Position numbers and translations under genes: made by a program. A stretch of 63,351 nucleotides of DNA, counting the filler, from an uncultured Methanosarcinales archaeon (GTDB taxonomy: Archaea > Nanobdellota > Nanobdellia > Woesearchaeales > GW2011-AR9), in the NCBI GenBank assembly GCA_964434885.1. It is 4 parts of 4 records of this genome, joined end to end, with 100 filler letters (N's around TTAATTAATTAA, not from the genome) between each part and the next. Parts side by side here need not be neighbours in the genome. Positions count along the whole stretch, not along the records: positions 1 to 20,139 come from CAYSWQ010000012.1; 3 more parts are not named here. The stretch is one strand, 5' to 3'. Of the stretch, positions 1 through 10,396 are shown in pieces. Numbering within the stretch: position 1 is the stretch's first letter; every line of letters starts with the position of its first letter. The notes under the pieces were generated by a model. It was not told the origin of the DNA. It saw only the letters and a list, made by a program, of their open reading frames with translations, and made no database searches.

Positions 1-3000
1 CATCTACACTTGTTTCGTTGAATGAAAGTAGGTCGGTTCTGTTGTTGTAGATGTTTAGGATTTGTTCTGGGGTTAAGGTTCTGTTGAAGATTTGGACTTC
101 ATCGATTGTCCCATCAAAACTATATGTATCATCTGTTGCATGTTTTCCAATTAATACAGGGTAATAATTACTTGTTGCAGAACTAGCAATAGTCCCACTA
201 TAATCTAAGGTTTTTTCAACCCCATCAAAATAAAATTTAAGTTTATCTGCATTTGTTGAACCATCTCCATTATAAATAAGTGTCCACATATGCCATTCCC
301 CAGTTGCCAAAATGTTTCCAGTTGAACTACCAAGAAGATTACCTCCATTTTTTACTGCAACATAAACATCATCATTACCTTGTTCCGTTGGACCCGATAA
401 ACCTAAACCAATTCCATTGTTAGAAGATGTATCATTTTGTCCAATAACTAAATCCCAATCAGATAAAGAATCTGGTTTTACCCATAAATTTACCGTTATA
501 GTTTTAGAACCAAAAGTTTCATTTATGCCTTCTTTAACTTCGATTCCATTAGAACCATCAAATTCATAAGCACCCTTGCCATCGTAACCACCAGTGGCAT
601 TCCAAGTGGCACCATTGTTAGTTCCACTTTTTTCATAACCACTATAATCTTTAGTCCCGCTGTTGGTATTGTTGTTGTCTTCGAAAGGCATGTTTAATAC
701 TGTGATTGAAGTTCCGTTGAGTTTCCAGTTAAAGATGTTTTTGATTGAGTCTGAATCATTATCAGCTGTTGAGACGTTGTAAACAGTGATGTTTTCTGAA
801 GTGTAATTATTACCCTCTGTGGTATTTATGGTTGGAGTGCCTTGTTCTGGAGGGGTGTTTTCTATTGTGATTGTGATGTTATTCCAATCAGTTTCATAAT
901 CGGTGCCATCATAAGCAACTACTTCACAGGTCCAGTTGTCGTCTTTGGTGGTGTTTACTGAACTAATGTTGACAATGTTGAAGAGGGTGTTTTCGGTGAA
1001 GGCGTCACTTTGGCCGGTGATGTTGATAGTATCATTGTGATAGATGGTGTAATTAGCATAGACTGTGTCTGCGTCAGCATCGGTGATGTTAGCCCAACAA
1101 GTTAGATCAGCAGTAGTGTAGTTGTTAGGGTGATCTGTAGCGTTGAAGATGACTGAGGTGGTGTTTGGTGCATTGTTGGATGCTGCTTCAATAATTGTTA
1201 GGTTTTCTGAGCATACTTCTGCTCCATCTTCAGTTCCATCATTTGGAGTTACGCAGAAAGACCAGTTGTCATTTATTGAGGTTTCATCTGAAGACAGGAG
1301 GTCGGTTCTGTTTTCGTATAAAGCATTGATTTGGTCTGCTGATAGAGAATGGTTGAAGATTAGGAAATCATCAATGGTTCCGTTAAAATGACCTACATTT
1401 GGAGTGGCACTGCCCCCTGTATGGCCTGCACCAATTACCGGGTTTTGACAAAGTGCTGAAGGTGAATTGGTAGCAGTAGTATTTGTTACATTTAATTGCC
1501 CATCAACATATAATTTTGTTCCATCGACAGATGAATGTACCACAACAACATGGTGCCATTGTCCATCTTCAATAGATTGGTCTGCTTCAGTAACAATCCA
1601 GGCCCCATCATATACTTGGTATCTCAAGGCCCCATCAGTGGTAACAAAATATAGGAAGTTTACATTATTTGTAGTTGATTGTTCTGAATAAATATATCCA
1701 TTACTTGAATCATCAATCTTCACCCAAGCAGAGATAGAATGTTCAGAACTATTACAGACTAAAGAAGTAGAACCGGCAGTAACATAATCATCTACTCCAT
1801 CAAACTCATAGGCACCACTGCGGTTAGTTCCTCCCGATCTATTCCACCAAACATCTCCTCCTTCTGTTCCACTAGCAGAGAAAATAGAATAATCTTTAGT
1901 GGCATTGATGGTGAGGTCATTAGTTTCTTCAAAAGGCATATTCAATAAAGTGAAACCAGTTCCATTTAATCTCCAATCAATAATGCCTCGAGTAGATCCA
2001 TTTTGTAAATTGTAATTAGCTGTTAGATTTTCTGTGGTAGTATTGGTTGCAGATGAAGAAGTAACATTAACGTTGATGACTTCTAAGTTATTGAGGATAA
2101 TATCTCCGGAACAAACTTCGGTACCCTCTTCGGTTCCATCGTTTGGTGTGACGCAAGCAGACCAGTTTTCTCCGCCAAAGTGTTCTTCTGATGCTAAATA
2201 ATCTGTTTTGTTTTCAAATAAGACTTTGATTTGTTCAGCAGATAATGAGCGGTTGAAAATCATAACTTGGTCAATAGTTCCATTGAATTGTCGGTCAGGA
2301 GAAGTCCCACTACCAGCATAAGCACCAATATACATACTAGCGGTTTTTCCTTGAACAGTTCCTGTTCCTAATACGCTTCCTTCCAAAACACCATCAACAT
2401 AGATATATTTCCATAAGTTCTTTTGAATTGCTACCACATGGTGCCATTGGTTGTCATCTAGATCTAAACCACTAGAGATTAGGTTGGTGGTTGTTCCGCT
2501 ATCTCCTCCCGAACTAGTTAAAAAGTAAAACTCCCCCCCATTAATTCTGATATCCCACTCTCGATTGTTTCCACCAGAATTGTATTTAGAAATAATTACT
2601 CCTTGCGTACTGGCACCAGCATCATGACTGCCATTGGCTTTAATCCAAGCAGAAATGGCGAAATCTTTTGTACCAAACTCGAAATCACCATCATCGCCGA
2701 AATCAATATAACCAGTGCCATCGAATTCGTAGGCACCAGAACCACCTACTCCACCAGTGGCGTTCCAGGTAACACCAGTAGCTTCATTACCATTATTGCC
2801 TAAGGAAGAATAGTCTTTGGTGGCGTTGATAACTGGGTCATTGACTTTCTCGAAAGGGAGGTTGAGGAGAGTGATGGAAGTGCCATCTTTGTACCAGTTG
2901 GTAATTCCTTGGGTAGAACCATTTTGTAAGGTGTAGTTAACAGTGATGTTTTCTGTGGTGTAATTGTTAGCTGAACTGACATTGACATTAGTGACTTCTA

Positions 3001-6000
3001 AGTTGTTTAGGATTAAATCACTGCAAACTTCGGTTCCGTCTTCAGTTCCATCGTTTGGAGTGATGCAACCAGTCCAGTTTTCTCCACCCCTAGTTTCTTG
3101 GAAGACAATTGTGTCTGTTTTGTTTTCGTATAGTGCTAGGATTTGATCTGCAGTCAAAGAACGGTTCCAGATTTGAAAATCATCAAGGGTCCCTTTATAT
3201 TCCCACTCACTGCCTGTACTGTCTACATTACGACCAAGCCCCATAGTATCAAGACCAGTTACATCAGCAAAAAAGGCTTGGGTTGCCGCCGACGTACCAT
3301 CGGAGTAAGTCATGGCGGCTTCCTGACCATCAATATAAACTTTATTTCCACTACTATCAGTAGTGTATACAAAATGATGCCATGCTCCATCATTGTAATT
3401 GTTATCTGTTTCTCCGTGTAAAATAAATGAGCCAGCTTCTCTGACTAAAACATAAAATGAACCATCTCCTACATTATCTGGAGCGCGGAGGGCAAATTCA
3501 CTAGAAGCGTCATTGGCATCAGAGATGGAAAAAATGGTGGATAGTCCATCATAATTTGTTTTGAACCATCCAGAGATAGAACCAGAGGCAAGATTAGCAT
3601 ATTCAGAAACATGGGCAGAAAGATCAATATAATCATCTACTCCATCAAATTCAAAAGCACCTTTGCCGTCATAACCACCGGTAGCATTGAAAAGAACTCC
3701 TGCAGCTTCTGAACCGTTGTTATCATTACCAGAGTAGTCTTTGGTAGCGTTGATTACGCTGTCTGATACTTTCTCGAAAGGCATATTTAGTACTGTGATA
3801 CTTGTTCCATTAAGTTTCCAGTCAGTGATGTTCTTGACATCATCATTGTCATCGTCAGTGATGTCCCAGTATAATGTGATGTTTTCTGAAGTGTAGTTGT
3901 TGCCACCAGAAGTATTCATTACTAAGTTGCTGGCTACTGGTGCATTGTTTGCTGCTTCAATAATTGTTAAGTTTTCACTGCAAACTTCCGCGCCATCTTC
4001 AGTTCCATCGTTTGGTGTTACGCAGGCAGACCATTGATCATCTACTGAAGTTTCGTTGGTATCTATTAAGTCTGTTCTGTTGTTGTAGAGATTGAGGATT
4101 TGTTCTGGTGTTAAAGAATGGTTGAAGATTTGGACTTCATCGATTGTTCCTTCAAAATTAGCACATGGAGAACCACCCCCACAAGTAATGCTTCCAATTG
4201 TAAATGGTTCATCGTTAGTAACGATTGAGGTTGATGACCCAGTTACAGTGACTGTCTGGTCGATTCCATTAATATAGATTGACGCAAAATCCAAATCACC
4301 AGGGAATGTAGCTACAACATGATACCAGTTTCCGGCCTGTAAATTGGCAGAGTCTGTTGTAATCCGATCAAAACCTGCTCCTGTGGCTGGGAACCAAGCA
4401 GTGATTTCATCAGCTGAATCAGCCAAAGTGATAGCATAGGATCTTTCATCCCCACTGGAGTTGTACTTACCTAAGAGATTCTTGGCAGAAGCTACTTGGA
4501 CAGGTTTTATCCAGAAAGAAAGGGACATCTGGTTGGAAATATTCAAACTATCTGCATCAGGAATAGTAATAAGATCATCACTACCGTCAAATTCAAATGC
4601 ACCTTTACCATCATACCCACCGGTGGCGTTCCAAGTTACACCATTTGTTTCAGAACCATTGTTGTCATTGCCAGAGTAATCTTTGGTGGCATTGAAAACT
4701 GAATCCGTGATTTTCTCGAAGGGCATATTGAGGACAGTTATTGAAGAACCGTTGAGTTTCCAATTGGTGATGTTTTTGGTATCGTTGTCTTCAGGGTCTG
4801 TAATATCCCAAGATAAAGTGATGTTTTCAGAAGTGTAATTGTTGCCACCAGAAGTGTTAATGACTACATTTGAGGCTCTGGGTAATCCTTGTGCCAAAAC
4901 AGTTAAATTCGAAGAACAATTAGTGGCTCCATCTTCGACCCCATCGTTTGGAGTGATGCAGGCGGACCATAAGTCATCTACTGAAGTTTCATCGGAAGAA
5001 ATTAAATCAGTTTTAATATCTAGAATTCCTATGGCAAAACTAGGAAAAGGTGAANNNNNNNNNNTGGTCTTCAGATAAAGTACGGTTGAAAATTATAAAA
5101 TCATCAATATTCCCATTGAAAAAGAGACCAGGTGAACCACCTGCCAAACGAGTACCAATACGGGGTTCTTGTGAACCAGAAGTAGCGTGAGAAAATGTGG
5201 AGTTATCAATTTCTGCAACCCCATCCACATATACTTTTAAACCAGTTCCATTATTTTGAGTTAAAGCAATATGATGCCATTGATTATCATTAAGAGGAGT
5301 AGTTCCATTCTCGATTTTCCAAGCCCCATCATAAATTTGAAAGCGAATAACTTTATCATTTTGTTCTAAAAATAAATTTAAATTAACAGTGTTTGTGCCA
5401 TCTTGTTCTGTATAAATACTACCAGCATTTGTGTTTGTTCCAGCTTTAATCCAAGTAGAAATAGAATAATCTTCTTCGTTGGATATGTAAGCTGTATCTC
5501 CTAAATCAATATAACTAGCACTTCCATCGAAATCATAAGTTCCAAATCCATCATAACCACCAGTAGCGTTCCAGGTAACTCCTACTTCTGAACCATTGTT
5601 GTCATTGCCAGAATAATCTTTTGTTGCATTAATAACTGGATCATTAACTTTCTCAAAAGGCATGTTTAATATGGTGATTGAAGTTCCGTTGAGTTTCCAG
5701 TCAGTGATGTTTTTAGCGGAAGTGTTGTTGTTAGTATAGAATACTGTGATGTTTTCTGCAGTAGCATTACCTCCGGCAGAGGTGTTGATGATTACCTCGG
5801 TGATTACTGGGGCCTCTAAAAGACCGATTCCAGATTCGCCGATTTGAACATTTTGAGTTTGTGTTGCTGGTTGGGTTGTGGTTTTCTGAGGAGGAGTAGA
5901 TGGAGTAGTAGGTTGAGAGGTTGTTGGTTGTGGTGGTGTGGTTGTAGTTGTTTGAGTGGCAGAGCAAACTTCTTCAACAACGCATTCTTCTACAGTTGAA

Positions 6001-6467
6001 TTAACACAAAGTGGGTTACATTCTTTAGTACAATCTGTTTTAGTTTCATTAACACAAACAATTGGACAAGTACCAGTACAAACTTCTCTAATGACACCAT
6101 TAATAGTTTCATTTTTACAAGTGGAACTGCAGTCTTTACCACATTTCTCTATGGTAGTGTTAGTGCATATATCATTGCATTCTGTGGTGCAGTTTTCAAC
6201 TGTGGAATTAACACATATTGTTTGGTTATAGCAACCTTGCACAGGTAAACCGATTGCTGCACCAGTTAAGCTAGAGCGACCACTGGAGAAGTCAAGATAT
6301 TGTTCTTTAACAAACTCGAAGAAATTCTGATCTTGAGTAGATGGAGCAAGATCAGTAGGACCGCCAGCTAATAAAAACATAGAAATAACAATCATCAGAG
6401 CTAAAAGTAGTTTATTAGGACTAACCGGAACTCTCCTCTCCCAGCCACTTCTAGGTCTAGTTATCAT
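1..6467 (-). CDS. Giant secreted/membrane-anchored surface protein with at least 6 tandem LamG (concanavalin A-like) modules; >2100 aa, runs off the window start; interrupted by a 10-N gap at 5055-5064
   Basis: ORF 5040..6467 gives an N-terminal hydrophobic segment, a Cys-rich tract, a T/P/Q linker and LamG module 1. After the gap a minus-strand frame resumes (KTDLISSDETSVDDLWSACITPNDGVEDG...). The module signature (NMPFE..TKDYSG..ATGGYDGKGA.EFDG..WHH...GTIDEV.IFN..L) recurs about every 0.9 kb down to position 1. Confidence 0.88.
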
Positions 6468-7003
6468 AATTCTTCAATCACCTCATCGTAAATTTCCAAC
6501 AAGGTTTGGAGCTTAGTTACTTTCAAAGAATAGAATTTGTTCGGGAATTGCTTCCGAACAGACAAGAAACCCAAGTCATAGAGCATTTTTAGATGGCGAG
6601 AAGCAAGGCTAACAGACATCTGGGTTTGAGAAGAGATTTCTTTGACAGTATGTTCTTTGGTCAAGAGACGGAGAATTTGTCTTCTAGAATCAGCGCTAAT
6701 TGCTCTAGATAACTTTTCTTCTTTATCTCCTGATAATTCATCTAGTGTTGAACTATAGGCTTTCAACAAATTTTTGAGCTTGGTTACTTTCAAAGAATAG
6801 AATTTGTTCGGGAATTTCTTCCTAACTGACAAAAAACCCAGATCATAGAGCATTTTTAGATGGCGAGAAGTTAAACTAACGGACATCTGAGTTTTAGTAG
6901 AAATTTCTTTGACAGTAAGCTCTTTTTCAGTCAAAAGACGGAGAATCTGTCGTCTAGAACCAGCACTAATTGCTCTAGATAACTTTTCTTCTTGATGCTC
7001 CAT
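6464..7003 (-). CDS. Tandem (two-domain) ArsR/SmtB-type winged-HTH regulator
   Basis: Two near-identical units EEKLSRAISA.SRRQILRLL...TVKEIS..TQMSVSL.SRHLKMLYDLGFLSVRK.FPNKFYSL; the stop overlaps the LamG gene start (ATGA). Confidence 0.88.
   Translation of the reverse strand: MEHQEEKLSRAISAGSRRQILRLLTEKELTVKEISTKTQMSVSLTSRHLKMLYDLGFLSVRKKFPNKFYSLKVTKLKNLLKAYSSTLDELSGDKEEKLSRAISADSRRQILRLLTKEHTVKEISSQTQMSVSLASRHLKMLYDLGFLSVRKQFPNKFYSLKVTKLQTLLEIYDEVIEEL
6500..6993. repeat. Internal direct repeat (period 267-270 nt) encoding the two ArsR domains
   Basis: tgctctagataacttttctt at 6701 and 6971; gttactttcaaagaatagaatttgttcgggaatt at 6516 and 6783; a few substitutions and one 3-nt indel. Confidence 0.9.
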
Positions 7004-7079
7004 CTGCTAAAAAGGAAACTTTCGCCCTTTATAAAGTTTACTAGTTGTGAAATTGTTAAGTTATTAAGTTGTGAAGTTG

Positions 7080-7105
7080 TAGAGTTTCGTAACTATGAAA
7101 CTCTA
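7080..7105. promoter_or_regulatory. 12-2-12 inverted repeat, candidate operator; preceded by degenerate 8-nt tandem repeats (7044-7083)
   Basis: tagagtttcgta-ac-tatgaaactcta (one mismatch) in the divergent intergenic region between the tandem ArsR and relE genes. Confidence 0.55.
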
Positions 7106-7158
7106 AGTAAAAAACATAAAAATTTGCATTGGTAAGATTTTCTTACTGATCTGGAAAA

Positions 7159-7428
7159 ATGGTGATTATTAGTTTTGATCCTGTTTTTGAAAGAAGGGTT
7201 AAGAAAATTAAGAGTCAACAAGTTAAAAATAAAATTAAGAAACAAATAGCCAAGATTGTTGAAAATCCAGAAACTGGAAAACCAATGCGTTACTTAAGAA
7301 AAGGAACGAGAGAAGTTTATCTTGATTCATTTAGATTATCTTATCTTTACCTTAAAGAGGAAGATAAGTTTTATTTTCTTGTTAAAATTGATTTGGAAAA
7401 TTATTTAAGATTCAAACATAGAAAGTAA
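7159..7428 (+). CDS. RelE/ParE-family toxin, orphan, C-terminus atypical
   Basis: F...VKKIK..KIKKQIAKIVENPETGKPMRY.RKGTREVY...FRLSY is typical of archaeal RelE-like proteins; no intact antitoxin ORF upstream. Confidence 0.7.
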   Translation: MVIISFDPVFERRVKKIKSQQVKNKIKKQIAKIVENPETGKPMRYLRKGTREVYLDSFRLSYLYLKEEDKFYFLVKIDLENYLRFKHRK

Positions 7429-7430
7429 AA

Positions 7431-7919
7431 TTAATTTCTTTTGTTATCTTGTTTTTCGGTCAGTTTTAAACGAATATCTTCAATTTCTTTTTCAGTTAAA
7501 TTATTCAATACTTCCTTGCATTTTGTTGAGAAAAAAGGTACTTCTTTCTTAATCATTTGATATAACTCTTCAGATATGTCTCGATCAGAATAATATTGGA
7601 GATTTATTCTTGCTTTTTGTGATTTTTCAATTAAATCTATTTCTTCATCTGTGAAGTGATTACTTAGAAAAAATTTCATAAAACTAAGAGTACAAGAATG
7701 AATTTCACACTTTACTCCAATCTTCATCAAAATCGCATATATTGAAAAATACATGGAATAATAAGAGGAAGATACTTCCCATTCCTTGTTTTCTTTCAAG
7801 ACAGAAGCGGCATTTAATGCTTTTTCTGCTTTCTTTAAATAAGCATTCATCAAATTAATGTTAGGCTCTATCAATTCAAGACCATTCTTAGTTTTTAAAC
7901 ACCACTTTATTTTTTCCAT
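7431..7919 (-). CDS. HEPN domain protein (partner of the adjacent MNT)
   Basis: AYLKKAEKAL...SYYSMYFSIYAIL..IG.KCEIHSCT...ARINLQYY; overlaps the MNT gene end. Confidence 0.8.
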   Translation of the reverse strand: MEKIKWCLKTKNGLELIEPNINLMNAYLKKAEKALNAASVLKENKEWEVSSSYYSMYFSIYAILMKIGVKCEIHSCTLSFMKFFLSNHFTDEEIDLIEKSQKARINLQYYSDRDISEELYQMIKKEVPFFSTKCKEVLNNLTEKEIEDIRLKLTEKQDNKRN

Positions 7920-8473
7920 CTTAAAATGCCCTCAATAAATTTTTCTGTGTTTTTAATAATAATATGGTTTTTTATAACTTCTGTGGTCAAAATATCTTTT
8001 ATCAACCTAGGATAAATTTTAAGATTTATTTCTTTTCCATACATCTTAGAAATCTTATCTATTTCTTTTTCATTACACTTGCCAATTACCATGATATCAA
8101 TATCAGAATCTTTTTTTTGAGTATTTTTGGCATAACTACCAAAAATTATTGCTACTCCTTTAATATAAGGTATTATTTTTTCAGAAATTTCTTTTGTTAA
8201 TATATTTTTTTGATAAAAATTTATTGTTCTTAAATGTTCTACAGCCATGATAAAATTTTTAACTATTTCTTTGTTTTGTAAATTAAAATAGTATAATTTA
8301 TTTTTCCCTTGAGTTCTACTTTCCAATATATTTTCTTTTTCTAATTTATTAAGATAGTTAGCAACAGTTTTTTGGTTTAATTTTTTCTTTTTGGCAATGA
8401 AACTACCAGTTAGTTTTGAATCCAAATCTCTTAAAAATTCTTCAATTATTTTTAATTGATTAATTAGTAACAT
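7907..8473 (-). CDS. wHTH + minimal nucleotidyltransferase (MNT) protein
   Basis: N-terminal HTH (IAKKKKLNQKTVANYLNKLEKENIL) and Pol-beta motif IIFGSYAK...SDIDI. Confidence 0.85.
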   Translation of the reverse strand: MLLINQLKIIEEFLRDLDSKLTGSFIAKKKKLNQKTVANYLNKLEKENILESRTQGKNKLYYFNLQNKEIVKNFIMAVEHLRTINFYQKNILTKEISEKIIPYIKGVAIIFGSYAKNTQKKDSDIDIMVIGKCNEKEIDKISKMYGKEINLKIYPRLIKDILTTEVIKNHIIIKNTEKFIEGILRWKK

Positions 8474-8624
8474 TTTACTTATATAAGTAATAATTTATTT
8501 ATAAACTTTTCTGTTGTTTTTGAAATAATTAACAAATTAATCAATATTATTTTTGCTAACACAGAGAACCTAGACATACTTGGAAAAAGCAGATTTTATA
8601 TACTTGATGAGTTTTTTAATAAAC

Positions 8625-9479
8625 ATGGGTGTTGAAGAAAAATATTTGGAATCTTTTGATGGGACAAAATTATGTTATTTACACCACCAAGGGAAATTAG
8701 ATCATACTTTGGTTTTTTTACATGGAGTAGGTGGGAATTGGACGGTTTGGAAAAAAGAAATTGAGTTTTTTCAAAAAAAAGGATATTCTACTTTAGCCAT
8801 TGATTTAAGGGGACATGGACAAAGTGAAGCGCCAGAAGACTTTAAGAAATATCAATTACCTTATTTTGCTAAAGATATTAATGAGATTGTTAACAAAGAG
8901 AAAATTGATAAATTTTCATTAGTGGGACATAGTTTAGGGGGATGTATTGCTATTGTTTATTGTGTTAATCATAAACGAAAATTACCTGCTTCATTGATTT
9001 TAGTGGAAACAGCCACATTATATCCATTTAAACATGAGAATATTCTAAACTTTGGACCATATATGACTGATTTTCTTAGATTTGTGGCTAGTCACAAAGT
9101 AACCCACAAACAGCATTTCTTTCATTTTGAAGATGCAGATTTATCTGTTGAGGGAATTAAAAAGCAAATTCATTTGATTTCTCATTTAATTCATATTACT
9201 CCATTAAGAAGTATTGTTAAGGCATTAGATAATGCGGAAGCTTATGCTTTTAACAATCAACCCCAGATTAATCAAACCTTGCGAACGTTAGATTCTCCAA
9301 CTTTGATTATTGCTGGAGAATATGATAAAGTAATTCCTCCAAAGTTTTCTAAACATATTAAGAAATTAACTAAGAATGCTAAATTAGAGATAATGAAAGC
9401 AGGCCATAATATTCTATTGGAAAAACAAAGTGAAGTTTGTCAAGAAATGTTTAATTTCTTGAAAGAAAATCACTTATGA
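8625..9479 (+). CDS. Alpha/beta-fold hydrolase
   Basis: VFLHGVGG, DLRGHGQS, nucleophile GHSLGG, GEYDKV, C-terminal AGH; ATG 8625 preferred over TTG 8580. Confidence 0.9.
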   Translation: MGVEEKYLESFDGTKLCYLHHQGKLDHTLVFLHGVGGNWTVWKKEIEFFQKKGYSTLAIDLRGHGQSEAPEDFKKYQLPYFAKDINEIVNKEKIDKFSLVGHSLGGCIAIVYCVNHKRKLPASLILVETATLYPFKHENILNFGPYMTDFLRFVASHKVTHKQHFFHFEDADLSVEGIKKQIHLISHLIHITPLRSIVKALDNAEAYAFNNQPQINQTLRTLDSPTLIIAGEYDKVIPPKFSKHIKKLTKNAKLEIMKAGHNILLEKQSEVCQEMFNFLKENHL

Positions 9480-10316
9480 TCAGCTAAATCTTTTACCATA
9501 AATATTCAAGAAACCTTCTAAAGTATTTCCCGAGTCTCTGCTAGCAGTACTAAATTGTGCGTGCATGTCTTTAGGCAATGTAGTTCTGGTTTCTTCTGTA
9601 GAATCTAAAGGTACTCCATTCCAAGGTAATTTGTCTCCGTAAGCAATAGCACTCAATAAGTAAGCTTGAGCCATTTTTAGAGCATCTTGTTGAGTGTTGT
9701 TTTTTTCTTGGAATAAGACCAATGGTGAACTTACAGTAACTTTGGGATCTCCTAACAAGGAAAATACCATTTCGGTATTGAAAGTAAAAATTTCGTGTAC
9801 TTTACTACTATATCCAATCATCATCCCAGTATTTTGATGTAAATCATTTAAAGTATCAACTACTTCTCCTGGACTTTGAGTCAATACATCTTCTACTTCA
9901 TCTTGAAGCATATTTAATACATCTCCATACTCATTTGATTTCACTTGTTCGGCGAGAGGTTTCCCGTTAGTTCCTACTACAACACCCATCATTAAATAGA
10001 CTAATTCAGATGTTTTTTCTTTTTTGGTTTGTGGATTAAATTTTCCAAGCATTTGGTCTAAGATCCAAAAATTAGTAGTGTTTGGATTAGGAATGACTTT
10101 TTCTGGAATTTCTTCCAAACTTTGACAAGTAACGATTTCTGGAGAATATGATTGTAAAAGATCTAAATCTTCTTCGGAAATTGGTTTTGAGCCATCAGTT
10201 AATTGTGCCAAGTATTCTTTTTTGAAAATATTAGAGAATTGATCTTTTAACTCCCTAGATAGTTTTTTTTCATCATCAACAAGAATTAGTCTGCGATTTG
10301 GTTTGTATGCTGCCAT
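9480..10316 (-). CDS. Divergent stand-alone receiver (REC)-like protein with insertions
   Basis: LILVDDE (acidic pocket), WILDQML (phospho-Asp position), IGYSS (T/S), FQEK (Lys), in the expected order. Confidence 0.5.
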   Translation of the reverse strand: MAAYKPNRRLILVDDEKKLSRELKDQFSNIFKKEYLAQLTDGSKPISEEDLDLLQSYSPEIVTCQSLEEIPEKVIPNPNTTNFWILDQMLGKFNPQTKKEKTSELVYLMMGVVVGTNGKPLAEQVKSNEYGDVLNMLQDEVEDVLTQSPGEVVDTLNDLHQNTGMMIGYSSKVHEIFTFNTEMVFSLLGDPKVTVSSPLVLFQEKNNTQQDALKMAQAYLLSAIAYGDKLPWNGVPLDSTEETRTTLPKDMHAQFSTASRDSGNTLEGFLNIYGKRFS

Positions 10317-10396
10317 AAAGACTTATTAAATATATAAAGTATATAATCTTTGTTTAAATCCAACCTCTCTTTTAGAAAATATGTTTTTAATTGATG

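Noticed and set aside
5010..5064. Stop at 5040 suggesting two separate LamG genes
   Set aside because: The frame change coincides with a placeholder N gap and the module continues afterwards.
1143..5078. Many short plus-strand ORFs over the LamG gene, and similar antisense ORFs across the window
   Set aside because: Shadow ORFs opposite well-supported genes; their mutual similarity only mirrors the LamG repeats.
1..5830. Diversity-generating retroelement acting on the LamG repeats
   Set aside because: No reverse transcriptase in the window and no repeat pair differing only at adenines was seen.
7044..7083. Short tandem repeats as a possible CRISPR array
   Set aside because: 8-nt degenerate units with no spacers; no cas genes and no repeat-spacer array seen in the window.
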